Positions 23,601-34,789 of a stretch of 64,000 bases of DNA are shown here, one piece after another (positions within the stretch are counted from its first letter, which is position 1; the number at the start of each line of letters is the position of its first letter). This DNA is from Psammoneis japonica (Eukaryota). Under the pieces are notes generated by a model. The model worked only from the letters and a program-made list of their open reading frames with translations, searched no databases and was not told where the DNA came from. A program made the translations under genes and the position numbers. Where the stretch lies: positions 1-64,000 of the forward strand of contig QPGO01000191.1 in the NCBI GenBank assembly GCA_008632985.1, given 5' to 3'.

Positions 23601-24883
23601 ATGGGGCGATCCATGGTCAAACTTGCAGCAAACATGGGAGGTGGAACCAGTGCCTTGTCAAGAGGTGTCATATTAATGAGGCATCCGTCAACAACGACAG
23701 CGGTGCAGCTGTTTGATTCCGGGAGGGAAACGGCCACTGTGCTAGGGTCCCAACAATAATCAATTTCTCGCCACTCAACATTGCTTCCGCTCAGGAGAAT
23801 AAAGAGTGTGTATGGTAGTTCATTGTGGAACATTGACCGAGAAACTCGGGTTCCTGGCGCGAAACGTACTTCTTGTTTCATGTACCAGTGGTAGTTGGAT
23901 CGATGCCACAACTGGACCTTGTCGCTGTCTGACTCACGTAGGGTGACAGCCAACAAGTCGGATTCAACATTCCAACTTAGACCCAACGGACGCAGTTGCT
24001 GTGGTGGCAATGTTGCAGTGTCGTCCTGTCTCAAGACAAATTCGCGATGGCGCAGTCCGTTTGGTTCAAAGAACACCACCTGCTGTGTACGTTTGCTTTT
24101 GCGCTGAACAGCTGTCAATAGATTCGAGCATCCACCGCTTGCCCATGCAACACCGGATTCGCCAACAAGTCCGGGAACGAGTTTTCCACTTCCGTCTTCG
24201 CTCCGGCCAATGCTCTTGAGCGCAAGAGAATCTCGATCGTAGGTTCGAATCCGCCGTTTCTGATCGTGAACGTCGACCGCACTGACAGCACAGACTGTCC
24301 CATCGGGTCGCCAGCAAATTGAGACTTGAGAGTCGTCATCACCTTCAGCTGTAGATGGAACGTGCGTTTCGATTGTCACTTCAGATAAGACTTCCCATTG
24401 CCCGTTCATGGTAAGCAAAATACTGTGCTTGTCGCTCCCGTCGTCTTCGTCGCCCTCCGAAAAAGTCACAAGCAGCAAAACTTCTCCATCGGGGCTCCAT
24501 CCACCCGCTTCTAATCCATAATCGAATTCTCCCACAAGCTCGGCTTCTCCCGTAGTAGGTGACACTGTGACAATACCCCCGCCATGCGACAGGCAAACAA
24601 GAGCATCAATCGAGTCAACGTAGGCAACATCAAACCACTTGCCTCCCGAGCAGACTTCATCAAGACGACAAACCCAAGATGTTTCTCCTTCAAGATTGAC
24701 TCGAACTAGAATACCCTCCGCGGTCAATACGACAGTCGCCGACTCAGTGCCACATTCGCTTTGAAACGTGCACAAATCACAAAACGTCGTGGATGAAAGA
24801 TGATTTTCAGTACCACTCTGCTGCTGCGGACTTTCAATCTGAACCGAGCGTCGACGCTCCCCAATTACAACAAGGTTTCTCAT
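20636..24883 (-). CDS. ELP1: Elongator complex protein 1 (IKI3/IKAP)
   Basis: 1415 aa with WSPDGE, FFEPNGLRH, LWHRSNYHWYMKQ, QLPRGNMEGVYPRALV, ALGMYD..SQMDPKVYLP and a Ser-rich/basic C-terminus. Confidence 0.95.
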   Translation of the reverse strand: MRNLVVIGERRRSVQIESPQQQSGTENHLSSTTFCDLCTFQSECGTESATVVLTAEGILVRVNLEGETSWVCRLDEVCSGGKWFDVAYVDSIDALVCLSHGGGIVTVSPTTGEAELVGEFDYGLEAGGWSPDGEVLLLVTFSEGDEDDGSDKHSILLTMNGQWEVLSEVTIETHVPSTAEGDDDSQVSICWRPDGTVCAVSAVDVHDQKRRIRTYDRDSLALKSIGRSEDGSGKLVPGLVGESGVAWASGGCSNLLTAVQRKSKRTQQVVFFEPNGLRHREFVLRQDDTATLPPQQLRPLGLSWNVESDLLAVTLRESDSDKVQLWHRSNYHWYMKQEVRFAPGTRVSRSMFHNELPYTLFILLSGSNVEWREIDYCWDPSTVAVSLPESNSCTAVVVDGCLINMTPLDKALVPPPMFAASLTMDRPIRDVSFVKARHGSLFSLVQLSDGNLVCVGNDGGEKSTMIANYTAPFVMAKIEWENVNETIDILALRNFVVMAEEDNVVALHCPQVNKGCEQLVEIDVRLGSDGHGTANVSNTVTLEGRVLRMIPWSDSSHGALLQLDDGSLFEYDQSHSVVPSEIDTLLEPCPWFAAMKIASDDDHLPDQKLVVGLSARSRLFCHDRLLADAVSSFVLSPTHGFLCYATAGSHCQLRFLPISELLKFDPLMGSDENRLLGGYEPRNGERGSRLVAILPTQPTAILQLPRGNMEGVYPRALVLPFVMSKIDKCEYGVAFEMMRRQKVDLNLIVDMDPSHFLDVGVNIFLKQVRQVDYLNLFIATLQDFDITEWKYRVPGWFHRETESTESQFDFTTKVNRVCSVLRELMIQSQREELESSDESVSKDHFLLPILSTFAKEKPPKLEEALTLIKDSAISAHPAASKKPPLFSERAQSSIQYLAFLADYELLFSTALGMYDYDLARAVARNSQMDPKVYLPLLKRLKSLDTFYGRYEVDLRLKRYEKALSNLFQSGVEKENLESLTSDDSEAKGNGFDQCLALIEEQKLHRLGLELYQDHAEEHQRITLSLAERLLRDHESETALAVFLSAKPPDLDGAKRAARACGDWKAFFTLSMDTSETADEESAAILRRSIASDLADEIAVGKGGKYSRHECLIQAGLILLDYAGDVAGAIDMYVSAEQWSEARRIACLHSRHDLEKKCIDAAVSFGHALLDEFEDRGAMFVKTNERYEECLRIRREAVRTLDLEHGENINGEAEDSGSLFSMATNESNMSLRSNMSGSSVGSVSSVSSVISVGATSSFSITSERDLNKHKSKFNALGRASKKTKKKKKKKTGKKRILPGSEEELKSLVDTLKMNNIAKEYRDRVAETIQFLVHVGKSSLAREVYNRYNDLKATIESSQQKRMSSAVKEREDAERIARKEGGHHEHTVLPVEAEVDGLQCEELPNVLHDFFSFMTAD

Positions 24884-25129
24884 GACAAGTAAAGACGCTC
24901 CTGTGTAATGAAGGACTATGTACGAGTGATCTTCTGGTTGCTAAGTTTCCGCGGTGTAGCACTTTCAACATCCAACATTACATTGCCATTTCGGTCGTCG
25001 TTCGTCGTCGTTGATGGCTGCGCTGAGCGCTGCGAGGCTGTCGGCTGTCGGCGGCAGTTTTTTCTCGCGCGACTTGAAGTTGTTTCCTCGCGCAAATTGA
25101 AAGTGCTCCGCATCACTACAGTTCACGAC

Positions 25130-26450
25130 TGGTGTGTGGCCTTGTTCTTGCAGCGAGTTTCACCTCGCCCCTGCGGGGCCCACTTGTTGATTTGGGAGCC
25201 ATGCGTGAACAACTCCCCAGGCACCAAGCCCATGTTGTGGTTCTGTGGTTGGGTTGGGTCAAGGAAGAGCACCGGGAGCAGCAACACCTGCTGCCTGTTG
25301 TCCAGATTGTCGTCAGAGAGTGATGAGCTGTTTGATCCGCCCCAGGCAGCAAGCCCAAGCCATCACAATGCTGCAAGCCTTGAAGGGCATTCTCAGGGAC
25401 TGACTGTCTCTGACAGTGTGCTTTCCATGCAAGATGCCAATGCCTTCCTTCACCAGACTCTTTTGGAAATCTTCGATGGCCCCACCCGCCAAGACAGAAT
25501 CATCGATTCCAAGCTCAGTTTTTTGCCCAGCTGGTGCACAGGTGCAAATCCCTGGACTCATCATGGAGCACTGCTCTGGGTTTGGCAGAGGCCATGTCAG
25601 CACTTGGAACAATGAAGAGGGGCCAAAAAGACACAGGATCAACAGGGACATTGTTTGAGTTAGAAGCCAGCTGGAAGTCACACACAAGCATTGCTGCCAG
25701 AAGTCAAAAATGCCGGACTTTGTTGAGGGTGCAGACATCAAATGATGCACTCTGTTGCTTGGCAGCCCAGCAGAGTGTGTTTGTCTTGCTCAAGTTGCCA
25801 TGAGACAGCAAGTGAGCACTGGTGCAGCTCTCCATTTCCGTGGTCAGCAGCTTCCGGGGGGGGGTCATGTCAAGCTTGCTTTTCTCTCTTTACAAATTTG
25901 CAAAACCATGCTCCTGTCAACAAGCACACTTGAGATTGTCAGCAAAAATGACAACCTGGCAGCCATGCATGGCTTTGTGCTTAACTTGTGATGTCTGCCA
26001 AGCAAGCTTGAAGCTGCTGGGGCCCCTTCTTCAGATGTGCTGACCTCTGCACTGCTGGACTGTGTGATGATTCACTCAACACCCCTGCTTTTGAAGCGCC
26101 TTTGTGCTGATTCATCTGGGCCTGTTTGTTTTGCTCAGACATTCTTCTTCAGTTGGCGTGCATGCACCCAGATTGACAATGATCTAGCCCAGCATGGGAT
26201 TCAGCCCTGCTGTGATGATGGCATTCTCAAGACTCTTGCTGGCCAAAGAAATTGGGTCTGTGGTGGCATCTTTCGAGGGTCACCTAAACATTGTTTGTGG
26301 TGGGCCACGGCAAAAACGAGACTAAATCTGGATTTTGCCACCCCGACTTTCCAAGCCTCAGCATGTCGTGATGCCCTCTGCTCACAGGAAGAAAACACAC
26401 TCACCTTGGCTGTTCAGAGAAACACACGCTCATCTCTTGTGCAGAGGTGT
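25130..26450. repeat. Degenerate TpA/CpG-depleted segment (TE remnant or pseudogene)
   Basis: Abrupt loss of TA between ~25130 and ~26450; Tyr-free, Cys/His-rich ORFs. Confidence 0.55.
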
Positions 26451-26957
26451 CTAGTAGAAACATTACAAACGTTGCCCTACCGGCGAAGACTTTATGAAAT
26501 TGCTAAACCACAATTTCAAACTGCGCTTTACGTGCCATGACGGAAATTGTTGACTGAACGAATGTTCCGCGTTGACAGCATCAGCGGGATTGATTCCTCC
26601 TCTTTGCGATGGGCCTTTGAGCCACCGCAGCGTTCATACAACTATACAAGAGAACTGACATTAGCTAAACCCTCCCGCATTGCACAATATCTCAATGGAC
26701 ACTAAACCAGATATTTCAGTAGCATCATTCATTTCTTTATTGAGCAATCAAAACTACCTACTTCTAGAGTACACTACACTCTGTGGAATAAATCTCTAGT
26801 TCTCAGCACTCGCTCAATTCAGTTAGCTAAGGGCGGGATCGTTATACGATTCCAAGTATTGTGCTGTGCATTCCAACTAGCTAAAGCAGTGACGGTCCAT
26901 GATTAATATTGCTATACTTTTCTCTTCGTGACTAACTAGTACTATTCTTCCAAGATG

Positions 26958-28193
26958 CTAATCGAGACTCCCAAACGCTTCGGTTGCATTCTCTCCCACT
27001 TGCAGGGTTGAGATTCGTAAAAAGCCCAAAACAGTTTCAATCCGCTCGGACACGTTGTCTACTCTTTTCCACAAATTGTCAACGACCTCTTTCACAGAAA
27101 TGGGCTCTAAAAGCCGCGAAAACGTCTTGATGTCTTTCATGACGGCAGCCTGAATATCGATGATTCTCTTCGACCCATTGTCAAGCGTCGACTCGCATTC
27201 GTCGGGCTTCCACGAAGTTGGCCTCCGAAATACCATAGCAGTCGTCTTGCCTCCTTGTAAAACGCTGGTTTGAAGCAACTCTGACAAGTCTTGGATTCTC
27301 TTCCACCACTTGTGCTCCCTCAATCCAAAGTCGGGGATCGTCGACAAGGTTTTCTGTCCAAACGACGCAGCAGTCGTCCTGAATCCTTGCGAAACGCTAG
27401 TCTGAACCCACTTTGACACATCTTCGACTCTCTTCCACCAATTGCTCGGCCCGAACTCGATATCGTCGGGCTTCCGCAAAGTTGGCTTCTGAAGTTGCGT
27501 AGTAGTCGTATTGCGCAATTGCAAAACGGTCGCCTGAGTCTGCAATTCCGTGACAAAGCGTGTCGACATGTCGTCTACAAGGTTCCAAATACGATCCATT
27601 CCTGACTTGATATCCAAAAGAACCGTGCTGAACTTGTCTGATGCCATTTCCGACTTGATTTCCCAAACAATTTCCAAGAAAGTGCTGGTCTTGAGTGACG
27701 ATGCGGTTGGTTCTCGAAGCGGAGTGTTGTTGTGGAAGATATGCGGGAGACTGGCGGCGTTGGAGTCACCATTGTCATTCTCAAAATAGACGCAAAACGT
27801 ATTTGAAGCTTCCACAGGTACAATCGTGGGCGTAGTGTTACGAAGGAGTTGTTGGACCCAGCTGTTGGGCGACTCGGCGTCGTCAAACGAAATGCAGAAG
27901 CTCGAGTCGACGAGAGTTTCATCAAAGGGCGTAGTGCTGGGAGCGGCGTTGCTGACGATGTTGTGGTAATCGTGGGAGATGCTTTCGATATCCACGGGAG
28001 TGATCGCAGCCATAAACTTGCCTTGGATGTCTTTACGGATCGTTGAAACAGTCTCGGTCGCTTTGATCGCAAACGAGCTTGCACCGCGCTTTGCAGCGTT
28101 GACAAGCGAGGCAGGAAGAGGGTTGGCGACGGCACCAGTGCTCATGGTAGAGACGACGGCCGTGAAGAAAAGGATGCTATGAATAACTTTCAT
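26958..28193 (-). CDS. Hypothetical secreted protein with internal W(W)KR(V/I)xD(V/L)S repeats
   Basis: 411-aa ORF with a signal peptide and recurring WWKRVEDVS / WWKRIQDLS / LWKRVDNVS units. Confidence 0.6.
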   Translation of the reverse strand: MKVIHSILFFTAVVSTMSTGAVANPLPASLVNAAKRGASSFAIKATETVSTIRKDIQGKFMAAITPVDIESISHDYHNIVSNAAPSTTPFDETLVDSSFCISFDDAESPNSWVQQLLRNTTPTIVPVEASNTFCVYFENDNGDSNAASLPHIFHNNTPLREPTASSLKTSTFLEIVWEIKSEMASDKFSTVLLDIKSGMDRIWNLVDDMSTRFVTELQTQATVLQLRNTTTTQLQKPTLRKPDDIEFGPSNWWKRVEDVSKWVQTSVSQGFRTTAASFGQKTLSTIPDFGLREHKWWKRIQDLSELLQTSVLQGGKTTAMVFRRPTSWKPDECESTLDNGSKRIIDIQAAVMKDIKTFSRLLEPISVKEVVDNLWKRVDNVSERIETVLGFLRISTLQVGENATEAFGSLD

Positions 28194-28499
28194 GGTTGAC
28201 CTGTGAACCAGAAGCGATTCTGAAAATTATGACGACTCGGCCGAGAAGAGAGATTCGGTGCGCATCTCATTAGTCTTTGGTACAAAAGTCTCGTAGAAAG
28301 TACGTACCTCGCGAACCTCGAAGAAGGGGCATTCCCGTGGTAAAAGCAAGTTTTGTCATCGTGTGGCAATGGCACGGGTGCTGTATCGATTCGTTTTTCA
28401 AAACGTTTCAAACCGCCGCCGGCAACACCATGGTTGTGCTGGTCGTTTGCGGCGCGTTTTTTTCGCTCCTGTAGTCTTACGTATCGACTTTAGTCCCCC

Positions 28500-29738
28500 A
28501 TGCTTATCGCGCAACCTGCCCCGCGCGCGCCCGCCGCCCCGCCCGCGATCCGCGATCTTTTTGAAGAAATGGCACAAAAGGGAAGTCAAAAACGAACCAT
28601 GGATACCGAAGAAGAATCCCTTACTGCACAACTCGAGTGGGTCACTCGACAAATGCCTCGTTTGCAAAGAGCCTTGAGCCGCTGGGTCCCCGCCGCACAG
28701 GAGCATGAGCCGCCGGCACGAATCGCGATCTGCACACATTTAGACATCAAAATGGTACCGCTCTATTCACACCTGCTCTCGTCGCTCGGACATGAACTGT
28801 TTATCACAACCTGTGATCCCAACACCGTACGCGATCAAGTAGTTCAATACCTAAAAGAATGTGGCGCGAAAACGCATGCCTGGAAAGGCATGAGCGAATC
28901 CGAGTGGCGCGACAGCCTGGAACGTGCCGCGAAATGGCAACCAGACTATATATGTGAGTTTGGTGGCGAGCTAACGTCCGTTGTGCTGAGACAAACCCAG
29001 TCGTCGCTCAAGGGGGTGCTCGAAGGAACCGGCTCGGGTGTAGCTCGCTTGGCTCCACAGGCATTGACGGTGCCCGTGTTGAATTGGGACGAAGTAAATG
29101 CCAAAGAAGGCTTGCATAACCGGCACATGGTTGGGTTGACGGCTTGGCATGCCTTCATGCAGCGAACCCACCTGTCGTTGCACGAAAAAGTAGTAACCAT
29201 ACTGGGCTATGGCTTGGTTGGACAAGGGGTTGCAGAGGCAGCAAAAGCCTTTGGTGGGCAAGTCAGGGTTGTGGAGATTGACGATGCTCGCGCTCTCATG
29301 GCGGGTTATGACGGTTGGTCTACCGGGGAACTGAGGGCTCTGCTGCCCCGAACAGATGTTCTCGTTACAGCTACTGGTGCAAAAGGTGTGATTGGTTTGG
29401 ATGAGTTGTCGCAATTAAAACATGGTGCTTTTGTGATGAACGTTGGTCACGGCACGGGCGAAATTCGCGCCGCAGAACTGGCCCATCTACCGCATCGTCA
29501 AGTTCTACCACATGTCTTTGAATACCGACTTGAGCAAAAGATGCTCTATCTTCTGGCAAATGGAGCCATGTTTAATTTGACTGCGGGTTTCGGAGACAGT
29601 TTGAATGCTTTTGACGTTACGATGGCCATTATGGCGGGCGGACTTCGATTTCTTATGGAAAACGCATCAGAACTATCTCCAGGAATGATGGTTTTGCCCG
29701 ACGCGGCTTGGAAAGACGCTGTAAAAGCCGTTGATTAG
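28500..29738 (+). CDS. ahcY: Adenosylhomocysteinase-like protein (divergent, bacterial-type, intronless; start probably 28569 or 28599)
   Basis: MPRL, CTHLDIKM, GYGLVGQGVA, VVEID..RAL, TATG, NVGH, LLANG..FNL. Confidence 0.8.
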   Translation: MLIAQPAPRAPAAPPAIRDLFEEMAQKGSQKRTMDTEEESLTAQLEWVTRQMPRLQRALSRWVPAAQEHEPPARIAICTHLDIKMVPLYSHLLSSLGHELFITTCDPNTVRDQVVQYLKECGAKTHAWKGMSESEWRDSLERAAKWQPDYICEFGGELTSVVLRQTQSSLKGVLEGTGSGVARLAPQALTVPVLNWDEVNAKEGLHNRHMVGLTAWHAFMQRTHLSLHEKVVTILGYGLVGQGVAEAAKAFGGQVRVVEIDDARALMAGYDGWSTGELRALLPRTDVLVTATGAKGVIGLDELSQLKHGAFVMNVGHGTGEIRAAELAHLPHRQVLPHVFEYRLEQKMLYLLANGAMFNLTAGFGDSLNAFDVTMAIMAGGLRFLMENASELSPGMMVLPDAAWKDAVKAVD

Positions 29739-30583
29739 ATGTTGCCGACAACTGGTTGCTGAATGAACTGTTCATCTCAAACATGAAATGGTTAAACAGA
29801 CGTCTCCGGTTTACGGCGGAAGCGATCACCGTACCTGCGTGATGCATGATGCAACCGTGACGACATTGAATGACAAATCGAGTCCCGCGTGTGTTCTTCG
29901 ATATTTCCTTTCTCGGGTGTGAGAAAGAAACGTTCTGTGGGCAGGTCTGGTCGGATATACATCTCCCATCGTATTTTCGATCGCCCGTGTTGAGCTGAGT
30001 TTATCCGGCAGCTGCATGGTTTGAGCGCTTGCTTACGCGAGAAAAAAAAAAGTGGGCACAGAAAGGCTCCGACAACAGAATCACTTTCGTGTCAATGGCC
30101 GTATTCGCAGATGTGTTGCCCCCCAGTGCGTCGTTTACGGTAGCTCCTTTTGAGCCAGAATTAGGTGAACTCAACGTGTGGTGGATCTGGACAGGAAGCT
30201 GCGGATCAATGCATCGAAAAGCATGAGATGCCCCTCAAAGTTCTTGTTCACCTTGATGCGTGTTTCCGGCAAGGGATGAGTTATACTGTAGGCTATTGCA
30301 GAGTCTCTCTCTAGAGTAGAGAGAGAATAGCAAGAGTAAAATATTACACGGAATGCCGGATAGAAATAATAGAAGTACAGTAGGAGTAGGAAAAGTACTT
30401 GCGTAAGAACTGCGGGGCAATTGTCTGTCCGTACTCCGGTTGTGACACCATTCGCGCGAAAACTGCGCAACACGCAACCCGCACTTTGAACTTGTCGGCC
30501 TAACAGCCGAACATCAACACACCGCACATCAGCGCCACACAACGCACTTGTGACTTACTTGAAACTTGGAACTTCGTTCGACC

Positions 30584-33075
30584 ATGTCAACGACCGAAGA
30601 GCCTCGTTCTCGTACGGCGCTGCGGAGTGCCCGCCGTGTTCTCGTCAAGGCAGGTACTTCTGTTGTGGCCAACGACGATGGACGTCCTTCTTTGACTCGT
30701 CTCGGTGCGATTGCCGAACAAATCGCGGAACTCAATCGCAACAATGTCGAAGTCATTTTCGTCAGCTCTGGTGCGGTAGGCATGGGCAAGCGGCTGATAA
30801 GGAAACAGGAGAGGATGCAGATGAGTTTGCAGGATCTTCAAAGTGAACGGGAGAGATCAGGGAGCTTGGGAGAACAGCCTGTGCGCCGCAACTCGAGCTT
30901 TTCTGCTCTTGTTGCTCTCAACGAACGACCGCACACCTTGAAACAGAGGAAGAATTTCTATGATTCAGCCTGTGCCGCCGCGGGACAATTCGAGATGATG
31001 AATCTCTATCAGAGCCTCTTTGATCAATGTGATGTTTCTGCATCCCAGATCCTTGTTACTCAGGCTGACTTTGCCGATGAGGAACGTCTCGAGAACTTGA
31101 AATACGCCGTTGAGCGCCTCCTGAGTTCAGGGATAGTGCCCATTATCAACGAAAACGACGCGGTATCAGCAAATCGCGGATATACAAAGGAGGGTCTGTT
31201 TAGTGATAATGACTCTCTTGCTTCCTTATGTGCAAGAAGCTTCGGAGTTGAGGTACTCTTACTTCTTACGGACGTGGAAGGTGTCTACGACCGTCCACCG
31301 ACTGAACCAGGCGCCAAGAAGCTCCAGCTATTCAGGCAAGAATCTTCCGAGGTGGAGATTGGTGAAAAGAGTGCGCAAGGTAAGCTGAAAAAGTGCGTGT
31401 CCGTGTCATATTCACCACAATCTGATGCAACGTTCTTGCTGACATTCACTAGGACGTGGAGGAATGGCGTCGAAAATTGATGCCGCGGTAGGAGCAGTCG
31501 AACCGGGATCCTTCTGTAATGCTTGTGTTGTGGCGGCTGGTTCCGATCTGAATGTGATTCGATCCATTCTTGGACCAAAGCGGCAGAAAGAAATAAAGGG
31601 AACACTGTTTGTAACTCCTGGAACAGAATTGGAGAAACAGGCGCTTGCCGACGCTTCTGCATCTGACGATATGGGAAATGTGTCGGAGCAAGCCCGGGAG
31701 GCGGCATCTGCAGCTCGTGACGAAGCACGTAAACTTGTAGCGCTCCCCTATGAAACACGTCAATCTATTCTGCGTGCCGTGGCCAAGGCTCTCTTGGATC
31801 GAAAGGAGGAGCTACTCGAAGCGAACGCTATTGACGTTGAGGCAGCGGAGCGAGATGGCATTGCGCTTGTGCTCAAGAAGCGACTGAAATTGACAGATGA
31901 GAAACTAGCAACGCTCGCCACCGGACTTTGTCAGTTGGCAGATCTGCCTGATCCGTTGGGCGTTGTGAAGAGTAAGCGGGAACTTGCGGAAGGACTTGAA
32001 CTGTCCCAAATTACAGTGCCTATTGGAGTCCTTATGATCATTTTCGAGTCACGTCCTGATTCCATGCCGCAAATCTCTGCACTAGCGCTTGCTAGCGGGA
32101 ATGGGCTTCTTCTCAAGGGAGGTAAAGAAGCCACAAATTCCAATTCTGCTCTTCACCGTGTGATTGGGGACGCGATTGAATCGGGGAGTGATGGAAAAGT
32201 CAAACGCGACATTATTGGTCTTGTCACTAGCCGTGGGCAGGTACGTTTCTGTGTTTGTTGGTTCCCCTCTATTCTTTGGTAGTGAGTTGCACTCATCAAT
32301 CGTGACGAATGCTCGTTTATTTCAGGTTGCTGATATGCTCAGTCTAGATGATGTCATTGATCTTGTGATTCCCCGTGGCAGCAATGCGCTTGTTTCCTAC
32401 ATTAAAGCCAACACGCGTATTCCTGTTTTAGGCCACGCCGATGGTGTTTGTCATGTTTATGTTGATGTTAGCGCGTCGGCAGAGGATGCCAGCAAGATTG
32501 TCGTGGATGCCAAAACGGATTATCCTTCTGCCTGCAACGCCATGGAGACACTTCTCTTGCACAGAGGCACACTAGAGAATGGTGTTGCAATGAGTACATT
32601 GATGGCGCTTCGCGTTGCCGGTGTAAAGTGCCTCGGCGGACCAAATGCGATGAAGCTTGGGTTGAGCGATGTGGCTGCAGAGCAGATGAAGTGTGAGTAT
32701 GGCGATTTGACTTGCATGGTTGAGGTGGTGGAGAACGTGGAGGAAGCAGTCGACTGGATCCACATGTATGGTAGCGGACACACTGAAACTATTGTATGCA
32801 GCGAAGATAGCGACGTTGGTGAAGAATTTCTAAAAAGAGTGGACGCCGCTTGCGTTTTCAAGAACGCCTCAAACCGCTTTGCAGATGGCTTTCGATTTGG
32901 TTTGGGTGCAGAGGTCGGTATCTCCACCGGCCGCATCCATGCTCGCGGACCCGTCGGTGTTGAAGGACTCCTAACAACCAAGTGGCAGCTGCGATCATCT
33001 GGTGGTGTGAACGTCGTATCCGAGTTTGCTGGAGAATCCCCGGCAAAGCAATACACTCATAAAGAGTTGATGTAG
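30584..33075 (+). CDS. P5CS: Delta-1-pyrroline-5-carboxylate synthase (glutamate 5-kinase + gamma-glutamyl phosphate reductase); introns 31380-31452 and 32241-32325
   Basis: VKAGTS, VSSGAV, PIINENDAV, DNDSLA; splicing restores QGRGGMASK; IFESRP, DLVIPRGS, ACNAMETLL, FADGFRFGLGAEVGIST, HARGPVG. Confidence 0.95.
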
Positions 33076-33150
33076 TGCCCTCAAACGCAGACATATCATA
33101 TATAGAGCGATCTCAATGTATACTGTACAAGTTTGATATGAGACTAGTCC

Positions 33151-34071
33151 TCATGCAAAAGGCTCAAAATTGACTGCTGTCTCGTCGTTGTCCCTATCTC
33201 CTTCATCGCCCGACAGTAGAGGTTGCTCCAGAGTTGAATCATCTTCCTCCTCGCCACGATCGCGTCTCTGAAATTGAATTATCATTCCGAGCAAAATAAC
33301 CTGCATCAGTGAGTCTGATACAAGGCAGCACCATATCCAAACGCTTTCGCCAATGACAACCCAGTAGCCAAGCAATAGCCAATCGCCTAACGCGCCAAAC
33401 ACAAGCGCGGCGGGAGACAGCACGCCAGCATTTTGAAGCCTCCAGGTCTTTACAACCTGAGGCAACCACTGAACTGCATTTGTGGCTCCGCCAACGCCAC
33501 CCCACAACTTAATTTGGAAGTCGCGATTGAATAAATGGGGATATGACAGGCCGAGGATAGATACTATTGCAATCAAGAACGTGAGCAGTAATGTTGCCAC
33601 TGTGGAGTAGATTTCTTGGCGTTTGGGACCACTCCTACTTCGCGCTGAGATAGGACTCTCATTCACTTCTTCTTGAGAGGACATAATATGTACTTGTTCT
33701 CGTGCACCGTCAGCGGTAATATGTGCTTCTGTGTCTTCATACCAAAGATAATAGTACACGGTATACAAAGGCTGTCCTGTAATCAACCCCAAGGCGTTTT
33801 GTATCGAGGGCATTGCAACCGCCCAAGTTCGAAGTGCTCCTGGGGCTGATGCGATTGACGGAGCATCTTCGAGAAAAGCGGAAAGAAAACTACAAGTCGA
33901 ACTGATGGTGGAAAAATGGATGGTTGTCAAACTGAGGCCTTGCGCCGACTTGGCCTTACAGCAATTGACATGTTGCGGCAGACAAGATACGACTATTCCA
34001 ACGCAGAAAATGATACCCACAAAAATGTCCGCAAGCACATCTGCATTAGAATAATTGGGGTCGTCCTTCAT
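33151..34071 (-). CDS. PQ-loop repeat membrane transporter
   Basis: Two PQ motifs (SCLPQ..KSAQGLS; WLPQVVKTW..AGVLS), ~7 TM segments and an acidic dileucine-like tail. Confidence 0.8.
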   Translation of the reverse strand: MKDDPNYSNADVLADIFVGIIFCVGIVVSCLPQHVNCCKAKSAQGLSLTTIHFSTISSTCSFLSAFLEDAPSIASAPGALRTWAVAMPSIQNALGLITGQPLYTVYYYLWYEDTEAHITADGAREQVHIMSSQEEVNESPISARSRSGPKRQEIYSTVATLLLTFLIAIVSILGLSYPHLFNRDFQIKLWGGVGGATNAVQWLPQVVKTWRLQNAGVLSPAALVFGALGDWLLLGYWVVIGESVWIWCCLVSDSLMQVILLGMIIQFQRRDRGEEEDDSTLEQPLLSGDEGDRDNDETAVNFEPFA

Positions 34072-34789
34072 CTTGTTACTGTAAACTTTATCGGTTCATG
34101 CAGTTCGACCATCTCATATCTCATCTTGTGCTCGTCACGTCCGTCAAGAACGAGAAAATGAGTCGGTCAACGGTCAACGCAACGGTCCGTCAACGTGTCA
34201 GTAAAATCCGACATGGTCTCATGTGCTTTATGGTAGTCATCTCCTTACATCCACCCGCCTGTCCATCTACCGGCATGGTTCAGGCTCTACTCTACGACGA
34301 CTCTACTAACCTTACAGTTCGTACCGTGTATGGTACCGTAGAGCAGAGAGAGCAAGAGAGTTGCTCACCTTTAGGCTCCTGTTGTTTTAAATTGCAGTTT
34401 GTGAGCACTAAGACAAAAGGTCGCAGGATAATTCATTCAGCCAAGTTTCGCACGAACCCTATCGATACCTTTTCGGACTGTGCGAGTCGATAATCCACAG
34501 AGGGAAACTAACTAGAGGGCCCTACTCAGGTTTTCAGCGTGTGCCCTATGCTTATATCTTTGACATGCCTCTTTCTTTCGAAACAAGAAATCCGTCACTA
34601 GAAGAACAAAAAACAAAAGAGTTCTGCAAAGAAGTAGTTGAAAATGAAAAGTCTAGTTGGGGTCGGTTGATCGATGAAACGATATGTCCGACAGTTACAT
34701 GCATGCACGTTTGCCCCGCATTCCAAATGTACATTGCCGCGAAAACAAATGCAAAAATGAAATACACCACCAAAATGGAGAACACATCT

